Source: Adineta vaga (lineage: Eukaryota > Animalia > Rotifera). Taken from it: DNA of 64,000 nucleotides. The stretch's first letter is position 1. Every line of letters begins with the position of its first letter. The translations under genes and the position numbers were made by a program. Positions 54,339-64,000 of the stretch are shown here, one piece after another. The DNA is taken from NCBI GenBank assembly GCA_021613535.1, contig CP075497.1, positions 13,206,001-13,270,000 of the forward strand. The letters are read 5' to 3'. The notes below the pieces were generated by a model that was not told the origin of the DNA, searched no databases, and saw only the letters and a program-made list of their open reading frames with translations.

Positions 54339-55454
54339 TTAGAAACCATGAACATATTTTTGACCTAAATCAGATAATTTTCCATTTGCTTGAATCAAAC
54401 AATTAGTCGAACCAAGGTTAGCATCAAGACGACGTTGTGCACCAAACCAAGCATAACGTTCAACCCAATTCAATGAATCAAGTTTTGCAACACTTTGTCT
54501 CAGAAAATCTGTTACTTCTTGTTGAGACACTGGTTCATTCGAATTCCATGATGTGCAAGCAAATTCTGTTATCCATACAGGATAATTATTGCCCAATTGT
54601 TTACGAACATGTGTAATCCAATTGATAAAATTATCAGCACCACGACCGTACCAATGTAAAGCAAGAAAATCAATACGTCCACCAAGTTTATTTAATTCTT
54701 GGAGAAATTGTCGTAACCAATTTAATCCTTCATTAGTCGAAGCAATAGCTGGAGAACCAAGTCGAGCACCTTGTTGTCTAAGAGGTTCGATATATTGTTT
54801 CCAAGCATGTGCTGCTTCGACAGGATTCATATGTGCTTGATCAGCACGTTCTGGTTCATTGAAACCAAGCACGTGTTTCGCGCCATTTGCTTGATTACGA
54901 AATTTATTTCCATCGTGACCCTTGTTAGTACTCCATAACATCGGAACATATTCAGCACCCGCAATATTCGTTCTATATGGTGACCAATTGTAAACCCATG
55001 CGATTTTTCCTCCTGCAAAAATGCTTGGATTATCTTCTTTATTTTCCATTGGCCATGCAATACCACGCTTCGATGAACTAAAAGAATAGCAAAATGAATG
55101 CTAATGAAGTTAGATACCTCAATGGATGTCTACTTACAGAGGTCTATTAGGTTTCGGCACTGCTAGTCCGCTTCTTACTCCACAAACTGCAGATTTATCA
55201 TTACTGACGAAAGCATTAGATTTTGAAGCTGAACCAGTTTTCATCCAACACGTACCACCTTCCCAATTTGTCCATGTAAAATGAGTGCATCTTGCTGTTG
55301 AAGAACATTTTCCACCACACAATTCAGGTGGACTTCGAACATTAAGAAGATCATTTCCACGAAAATCACATCCTAAAGCCCAATCATTCCCATTCCAATT
55401 AATATTTGCATTTGCAACAGCAAATATAATGAAAGACACCAAAAACTTTCTCAT
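54339..55454 (-). CDS. Secreted PAN/apple-like domain + GH128 beta-1,3-glucanase (one intron, about 55079-55137)
   Basis: Signal peptide; CDFRGNDL...CTHFTW...TCWMK; SKRGIAW, WVYNW, EYVPMLW, LGFNEPE, LALHWY, VWITEFA, VERYAWF. Confidence 0.88.
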
Positions 55455-56712
55455 AATGAAGACTCCAATTGTTGTTTTTACTCGAAGACTATAATCACAT
55501 TATTTATAGTCATACGCGTCTTCAATTTAAATCGAAGAACGCGATTGAATTACGTAATGGGATGGGGAATATGAATATACCTCATTCTATTTCATAGTCT
55601 TTATTCTCCCACTCTCTCCATCACATGTCAGGCCTACACATTATACGTAGCAATGAGTGTGGTATGCGTCATAAAGTTATCATTCTCTATCTCACCTGAA
55701 GGTAAATATTTGTCTTTCTATCACATCTACAACGTTAAGTATTGCAAAAATCGATTGTATTGAATACATATGTTGAAATAGAAAGAGTTCCATCTATTCA
55801 TATATATCGCATTGTCCGAAAAGTTCGTACAACTCATAATCTTTCATAATTTTATTCGACATATTTGAAGTTTCAAGAGACATGGCTATTAAAACGGTTT
55901 TTCTTTGCTTATGAAGGAAATGAACCAATTGGACCAAAAGTAGTGTATCATAATAAAATTGCGTTCTCTATAAAAACCACAGTACCCATATATTTCAAAG
56001 ATGCAATACGAGATGAGTTGTACGAACATTTCGAACAAGGTGATACCTTCTCAAAGTTCTTTGAACTACACTTCAATCAACATAATTTCAACATCAGCAA
56101 ACTCTCATAATGATGAAAATTTGAGACGAAACTTTGACAAATAATAAGGCAGAGTAAGAGAGTGGATAGAATGTCGTTCGAATCTAAGCAAAATCCCAAA
56201 AATCGAGCAATACATTTTTGGTGTAGGAGATCTATAATTATGGTACATTAGGATTAATGTAGTGAAATGACAATTGGAGTTTGATATTAAAGTTCATGGA
56301 TTATTTCTTGTAAAAACAAGTGATTTAAATCATGTCAATATTTAAACTGTATAGTTTTTTGAGCGATATTGATGAAAAAGACTGGAAAACTAATCTTTTC
56401 ATATCAAGTAATTTACTTCGTTGACCTTATTCGTATTTTTTCTTTGGTTGAGAAAAAATTTGCAAAGAATTTATGTCAAACAAACAAATTTTAATGTTAA
56501 AGCCCAACAGATATTACTAATTGATTTTTTTGTGTACATGGAATCATTTGTTTGTTAACAATAGATGACATACTATTTCTTGGTATCTAATTAAATAAAA
56601 AAATAATTAAAAAAAAAACTCCATCAAATGCTATTTCAATGATCATTTCATTTCATGTTGTCATTTACCTTACATTATATGATAAGAAGAAACATAAATT
56701 AATACATTCCAG

Positions 56713-57573
56713 ATGAAAACCATGAATACTTGTGTAAGTGACTGGTCTATAGCACAAAGTACCAATCTCAATAAACGTGATTCTACTGAACAAAAGTAAG
56801 CATATTTTCTTGATAGAAAGAAGAGTATGATTAGTTTCTATAGATCGATATCTGTATGGAAATTCTGTCGATATTGTTCATTGAATTCATCATTTTTTAA
56901 AGGACTCATCTTAGGAATTCTTACATTTGGTTTAGTATTAGCTGTCGTTATTACACTTTGGTTAACATCGGATCGTAAAACAACGATCGCGAATGTACCA
57001 AGTACAAATACTATACTCACAACAAGTACCACTATGGCTATAAGTACGGCAACGACTACCACTATGGCTACAAGCACGACGATGACTACAACTACAACTA
57101 CGGCAACTATTAGTAATACTTGTACAGGAGGATCAACATACACGACGCAACTTTTATATTTGAGTATGACATCAACTCTTTCTTGGACGAAATATACATT
57201 CAATTACACAGCACCTAATATACTATCGGCTAAATTAACATTTGCCTTGCGTAACGATCCCGACTTCTGGTATTTAGATGATGTTTCCGTGACAAACAGT
57301 TCAGGAAATCAACTTTTGTCTAATGGTAACTTTGAACAAGGTATTCTAGGTAATTGGATTTACTGTAATCCAAATAGTGCAAATTATTCTGGAGCTATCA
57401 CTTCGAATTATCCTCGTACTGGCTCTTATTCATATGAGGATGGATCAGTAGGTTCAAGTGATTATTTAAGTCAAACTTTTGCCGTCACACCAAACAGTAA
57501 ATATTCAATTAAATTTTGGCTTTCATCAGGTTCAAATAGTTCATCGTTTGCATTTGTTACAATTTCCTCTTGA
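56713..57573 (+). CDS. Single-pass membrane protein with Thr-rich stalk and carbohydrate-binding-like beta-sandwich
   Basis: TM GLILGILTFGLVLAVVITLWL; poly-Thr; WYLDDVSV and LLSNGNFEQG motifs; first exon tentative. Confidence 0.65.
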
Positions 57574-57889
57574 ACAATACCTTTGAAATGACTCATCCAA
57601 CGAACTAACTATTAATACCGAATGATTGTAGTGCTTATATAGTTTCTTATTTTATCAATAATAAAATATATACATATAACTAAAACATTACCAAGAAGTG
57701 TAGTCTCATCCACATCCTTAAAAATCCGATGGTATAAGGAATAAAAAATAATGTAAAATATTATTGTTATCATTTCTTTTTATTTATCATAAAACTACCC
57801 AAAACCATCATGTGCTTAAAACATTATTCTTATCATTTGTCAATAAATATACAAAGAACGAATAACACAATTCAAATAAAAGTATTTAG

Positions 57890-59788
57890 ATGAATCTAAA
57901 ACACGTTTTTTCGTTGGTATTGCTCACAACATATACTATTTCATGTAAGTATTTATCAAATCTATTAAGAACATCTATTTATAATAATAAGATTAAGTAG
58001 GTCATGGTATATTTCGTTTTGCCAATTATATACAAGATCATATGGTTCTTCAACGATCACCTAAAAGATCAATTATATGGGGTTATAGTGATACTAATAG
58101 TGATGTAACACTTGAACTGGGTAATCAAATATATAAAACAAGAAGTGAATTATATTCTGTGAATAAATTTGATGAAAATATTTGGTCAATAACACTTGAT
58201 CCACAACCAGATGGTGGTCCTAATCAAATAAATGTTCATCAAACATTACAAAATGGTACAATTTTAACAATTACTCTCAATGATGTTTATTTTGGTGATG
58301 TTTGGATTTGTTCAGGACAATCAAATATGCAAATGACTGTCAGAGATATTTTTAATGGTTCAATTGAAATAGCTAATGCAAATAAATATCCGAAAATACG
58401 ATTATTTACAGCCGCACTTAAACCATCAGCTACACCTGTCGAAGAATTATTAGGTATTGAACAAAATTGGTCAATACCTTCTTCAGATAGTGTTGGAGGA
58501 CCATCATGGTCATACATATCAGCTGTATGTTGGCTTTATGGTCGTATGATTCATGAAGAATTAGGTGGTATACCTATTGGACTTATTGTTAGTAGTTGGG
58601 GTGGTACTGCTATCGAACTTTGGATGCCACCACAAGCATTACATGATTGTGGAATTTCAACGTAAGTTAATTATTTTCTTTCTATTTTTATATATTCTTT
58701 TCTTTTCTTTTCTTTTCTTTTATTAGAAATGAAATAATTTCATTAGAATCTTATGATAAACCATTGAAATTACACGACACATTAAATAGTTCTAATTTAT
58801 TCAATGCAATGATTTATCCATTTACACGTATGACTATTTATGGTAGTATTTGGTATCAAGGTATAATATATAATTCTAATTTGATTTTAATGATAATAAT
58901 ATTTTCTAATAGGTGAATCAAATTCTGATTATAATCGTGATAAATATACATGTACATTTTCAAAAATGATACAATCATGGCGTGAAATATGGCATAAACG
59001 TACAAATACAATAAATGATATTCAATTTCCATTTGGATTTGTTCAAGTAAATTTTCTAGAGAATTTTATTTATTCTGATGAAAATCTTTTTTTGAAAATA
59101 TTTAGTTATCAACAAATACAAATAATAGTAGAAAAGTTGGTGGATTTCCATGGATTCGTTGGCATCAAACATTTGATATTGGATATGTACCAAATAATAT
59201 TGTATCAAATATTTTTATGGCTGTTACTTTAGATTTACGTGATGATTCAAATAAGTTTGTTTTTATTTTCTTTATAATTGATAAAATAGTTAATTTAATT
59301 TTTCTAAAATAGTATTCATCCAAGAACTAAACATGATGTTGCTTATCGTTTATCTCGATCAGGTCTTGCTGTTGCTTATAATTATTCAATAGAATTTCAA
59401 GGTCCTATTGTATCAAATGTAAATGTATCGAGTGATCGAGAACGAATTTATGTTACATATACAGCTGTAAAAGATATTATTTTTAGAAATTTAAATGGAT
59501 TTGAAGTATTTATTTCAATATTTTGTTATATAAATATTATTATTCGAATTTTAGATCTGTTGTCAAGGTATAATATGTGAAACTAATGATAATATTTGGA
59601 TACCAACATCAATTTCAGATAAAAGTGATTTAACAATTATTTTAAGAATTCGAAATGCTTGTACAGGAAAATCTATTTATGGTCTTCGTTATTTATGGCA
59701 TGAAACACCATGTCCATATAAACAAGCAGCTATGTATAGTATTACAGATACAAATTTACCTTCTCCACCTTTTATTAAAATTTTTTGA
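57890..59788 (+). CDS. SIAE: Sialate O-acetylesterase (SGNH) homologue, multi-exon
   Basis: MVLQR, FGDVWICSGQSNMQM, SSWGGTAIELW, LFNAMIYP, IWYQGESN, FPFGFVQL, IHPRTK, LRYLWHETP. Confidence 0.88.
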
Positions 59789-61670
59789 ATTTTTATTCTG
59801 AAGAAAGATTAAATTTTAATAAAATTTTTTTAATTAGAACAATCTTATAGAAATTATATTTAATTTTAATTAGACACGTTAGTTAATTTCATCAATTACA
59901 ATTATTATTTTATTATTACCATTATCTTTCAGCAACTCGTAAATAAATATAAACGTAGATTTCCAGACAGATAGATACATTCATTAATTAATGTCCCAAG
60001 ACACATACAGGTTCAAATGTACTTATAAAAATACGTTTCTAGAGATATAAAAGTAAACAGACAATCCTCTTTTCCTCCCTAAATAAAAGTACTTCTAAAT
60101 ATATTTTTGTTGATTCACTTTTAATATTTATCATATATAATTTAATAACGTCCTTGAAGAATAGAAGAAAAAATATTCATTGTATTGATAACTATTATTG
60201 GTATCATTGCATTGATTCTTTTGATTGTCGGTGTTGCTACAACCCATGTGAGATTTTTGTTTCTTATAAACGCGTGTAAACGCAGCTAAAATGAAACATC
60301 ATTGAGCTTTAAATCACCTCAAGAATTTATTTTTGCTGGAATAGGATCGATCTTTGTTGGTCTGTTATTAGCAATAATTGTTATCATATTGTACCATTGT
60401 TATTTCTAATTATTGGACCAATTTTGATTACAATCGGATTCGTTATTTATCCGAAATTTGTTATCGAAGATTTTGGCAACGCATTACAAATTTCAATTGA
60501 TGTTGATTTTAGTACTATTCTTGTAATTATTGCTTTCATTATTCTCCAAGAACGTCAAAAATGAACACCTAAAACTTATACTCTTGGTATACCACCTAGG
60601 TCAATGTTTCGACCTTCATATCCAACCATAGAATAGGCAGAAAATGGTAATTTTGTTGTGGAAAAAAAGGACTAAGAAATCAGTATCTTCAAAAGAAGCT
60701 CATCGTACTAAAAAATATTCGATAGAATCACTCTGTTTTCTGATAAATGATTGAAAATTTTTTGTATTAAAATATCCTACTGTATTTTAACCTTGAAAAA
60801 ATATATATAAAAGATTACAAATATTTCTGTATCATGTTGGTTGATCCAGCTCAAACCATTGATGGGATTCTTTTGTCTATCAGATCATATCCTATAACGT
60901 TATAAAGTGTTCTCTTTTTCCAATTATATGTCTTTAATTTAATCTTTAGATCTTCCAATACAAATTCAAGGGTAACATTTTGTATTTTAATCATTATTTT
61001 CATCAGAAGATGTTCGACTTCTTTCTTCTATAGTCTTTTAACGTTCTTCAAAGACATTCTATTACGTTTTTCTTTCTCTTGTCATTTTTCTTCTAATCTA
61101 TTAATCAAATACAGCAACAGACAGAAAAAGAAGAATTTACCATTTTAGTTTACAATTTTATTTGGATTCTAAAAAGAATCTAATGAAAAAATGAATCAAA
61201 CTTGATGGAATTCTGTACTTGGAAACGTTCACAATCAAATCTTGTTACATTTAAAACAGAAAAAGAGAGAGTCGAGTATAGACGAAGCTTATTTATAAAG
61301 AAAAATATTCTTTCTTTAAAATTAATCGGTAGAAACACATATAATAATAATAATGCGTTTAGATCTTTCTTTTATGCTTCGTATATTCTATTGATTCTTT
61401 TTTGAGATAAATTCTTAATATTTATCGTTCGTTTCTAATTCTTTTTACTCTCTTATACCCGTATTGAAAAATATATTCCTACAGATTAATAATGCTTAGT
61501 ATTATAACTAAGATCTATAAAAAGTGTACATTGAGGACATATATCATATGATAAAAAGGCTATTGCGTAGATTATTGATGTCTATATTCTTCGTTTGAAA
61601 AACAAAATATATAAATATCGTAAAAGTTTTTGTATTTTTTAGATTATCGATTAATAGATCACATTTAATA

Positions 61671-62672
61671 ATGACCGATATTAGTGAAAATCTTCGACTA
61701 ATTAAATATGGATGTTTACAAACAATAATTGGTCCATCATTGTTATGTGATATAATTGTGTTTATCTATTTGATTCGTCATTGGCGAAAAGAAATTATTA
61801 AATCACCACAAAATCATGTTATTTTATGTGTACTTACCATTAGTTTTATTGAAAAGACAACAGATGCAATATTTAGTCTATATTTTTTTCGATGGAATAT
61901 TGTTATTCAACAAACAGATACGTTTTGTACATGTTGGACTTGGTTAAATTATTCATTACTAACTGTTAATTTAATATTAATAGCTTGGTGTTGTATTGAA
62001 AGACATTTATTTATATTTCATAGTCAAATGATGAAGAAAAAATTGTGTTTAATTTTACTTCATTATATACCTTTACTTATTTGTTTATGTTATACACCTA
62101 TTTTTTATATTATTAATATATTTTTTCCAATATTTTGTATAAATATTTGGGATTATAATTATCCATATTGTGGAAGTCCATGTTATGCATTTCTTCCATT
62201 TTGGGGGACATTTGATTGGTTAGTTCATTATGCAATACCAATTTTAATAATATCATTTTCAAATCTTTTTCTTTTCTTTCGTGTTGTATGGCAAAGAATT
62301 AAACAAGGAAGACCTGTTGAATGGAATCGTCAAAAACGTATGATTATTCAACTTGCTTTTATATCAAGTTTATATTTAATATTAATAACACCAGAAGTCA
62401 TTGTTGGTGTTATTGAAGCATTATGGTCACCAACATTTGCTCTTGAAATTCAACTTAATTATTTTTTTTATATTACAAATTTTGTTCATCAATTATTACC
62501 ATTTATTATTATTAGTTCATTACCTAATATGTATAATGAATTAAAAAGATTCTTTCAACGTATAAAACGATTTATTACACGAGATAGATCACGTATACAT
62601 CCATCTACGATTGTAAATGAAAGAGAACGAAATCTTATTACTTGTGTTCCAACTTATGAAAAAACGATTTAA
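61671..62672 (+). CDS. Rhodopsin-like (class A) GPCR, intronless
   Basis: Seven hydrophobic segments; WCCIERHLFIF (DRY-like); Cys pair. Confidence 0.85.
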   Translation: MTDISENLRLIKYGCLQTIIGPSLLCDIIVFIYLIRHWRKEIIKSPQNHVILCVLTISFIEKTTDAIFSLYFFRWNIVIQQTDTFCTCWTWLNYSLLTVNLILIAWCCIERHLFIFHSQMMKKKLCLILLHYIPLLICLCYTPIFYIINIFFPIFCINIWDYNYPYCGSPCYAFLPFWGTFDWLVHYAIPILIISFSNLFLFFRVVWQRIKQGRPVEWNRQKRMIIQLAFISSLYLILITPEVIVGVIEALWSPTFALEIQLNYFFYITNFVHQLLPFIIISSLPNMYNELKRFFQRIKRFITRDRSRIHPSTIVNERERNLITCVPTYEKTI

Positions 62673-63160
62673 ATTTTATTTATTTTGTCTTTTATGACAT
62701 AAGAAAAATCTCTATTTGATGTTGTTAAGTACATATTGGAAAATTCAATAAATTATTTTATAGAAATCTCGAACGTTTATACATTGACATTTTTGAGTTC
62801 ATATCGAAATTTTGAATATTTTATTATTTGCATCAGTAAAAGAAACCAGAAATATTTCTCTTTTTATTTTTTTTTCTATTACTTTATGGTTTCAATTGAA
62901 TTAAAAGAATATTCTAGCATCGTAAATCAATGATTTATTTTCGTATTAATTTTAGAACAAATATATCTAAAGGTAAAGTAATCATAATTCCATTTCATAC
63001 ATTGAAGATAATATATTAATATAAATTTATTTAGAAATAGAATGTTATTAAAGTTCATCAATCGGTAATATTTTTTTCATCATTAAAGTAGATGATTTTC
63101 TATTTAACTTATTATATAGTTTCATTTCACGATTGAGATCTTCTCAAAGTATAGAAATAA

Positions 63161-64000
63161 ATGGAACGACAACGTCAGACGAACATATTATCAATCAGAT
63201 GTCATCAATTATTATTCTCAAACGTTTAGTAAGTTGTCGAAAAATTCAATTGCAAAGTTAAAAATTGTTTTGTTTTAGTTACGTTTTGGAAATACTGAAG
63301 ATAATGTAATGATGTTTTGTGGTGTTTTGGCGGCTGTTATCTATGCAATTGGTCATGTATTATTTGTTTTTCTATTTGGACAATTAGTTGGTTTATTCGT
63401 CATACGTATCTCATCTATTCAATGTATAGATACCAATGTCAATCTTTGTAATTATAACAATAATTCATTGAATCACAGGTATATTTATACAATTAAATAT
63501 TTGAAAAGTATTTTTTTTAAATTATGAAATAATTGCGGAGATCTATCAGAGAAATATTCTAATAACATATTTAAATGATTTCATTTTAGTCTTTGTTCGA
63601 TTATTAATATGACGAATAAAACTTCAAGTAATAGTTCAATTAATAGCGCAATGTTTTATAATGATGTTCATACAAAAGTTATCCAATTAGTTGGTAAGTG
63701 AGTGATGTCACATATTCCGCCGATCGAGGATGTGTGTGACCCTACTTAATGTATGTTAAAAGAGTACAAACTACAATTTATTTTATTTTTTTAAAGTAAT
63801 TGGATTAGTTCAAGTGATGGTTTATTACTTTCAATATATCTTCTTTGAATTGGCTTCTTGTCGATTGGCAAATCGTATTAGAATAGAACTATTCAAAGCC
63901 ACACTTACTAGAGTATGTCTTTTCTTGTTATAATAGTAAAGTTCGTCTGATTATATTTCCTATTTATTAATTATTTAGAATGTATCGTATTTTGATGTCA
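63161..64000 (+). CDS. ABCB/P-glycoprotein-type ABC transporter, 5' part
   Basis: Spliced LRFGNTEDNVMMFCGVLAAVIYAIG..LFGQL and RLANRIRIELFKATLTR/NVSYFD, typical of the first ABCB TM domain. Confidence 0.7.

Noticed and set aside
60150-60675. Claudin-like membrane protein gene (also a GPCR-like remnant at about 51420-51750)
   Set aside because: Only frameshifted hydrophobic fragments, too decayed to assign

Overview
AT-rich eukaryotic genomic DNA with short GT-AG introns. The gene content and repeats point to a bdelloid rotifer (inference): NHL, FG-GAP, ART-TPR and F-box families, intron-containing genes of bacterial/fungal type, and (TGTGGG)n repeats. The window holds defence/accessory genes, pseudogenes and DNA transposons, including a Tc5-like element with a TAA duplication, a pogo-like element inserted in a splice donor, and several MITEs. 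The main finding is a 4-exon gene at 19536-22106 (about 795 aa) that fuses a membrane-anchored, GliC-like cytochrome P450 to a C-terminal NYH-type tRNA-dependent cyclodipeptide synthase (CDPS) with all catalytic residues present. Its predicted first-substrate pocket is unusually acidic. It is followed 226 bp later by a bacterial-type ureohydrolase (agmatinase-like) and then an NNMT-family methyltransferase. Together these form a candidate animal diketopiperazine biosynthetic cluster. A family of fold-back elements built from telomere-like repeats marks many gene boundaries. All family assignments were made by eye from motifs; no searches were run.
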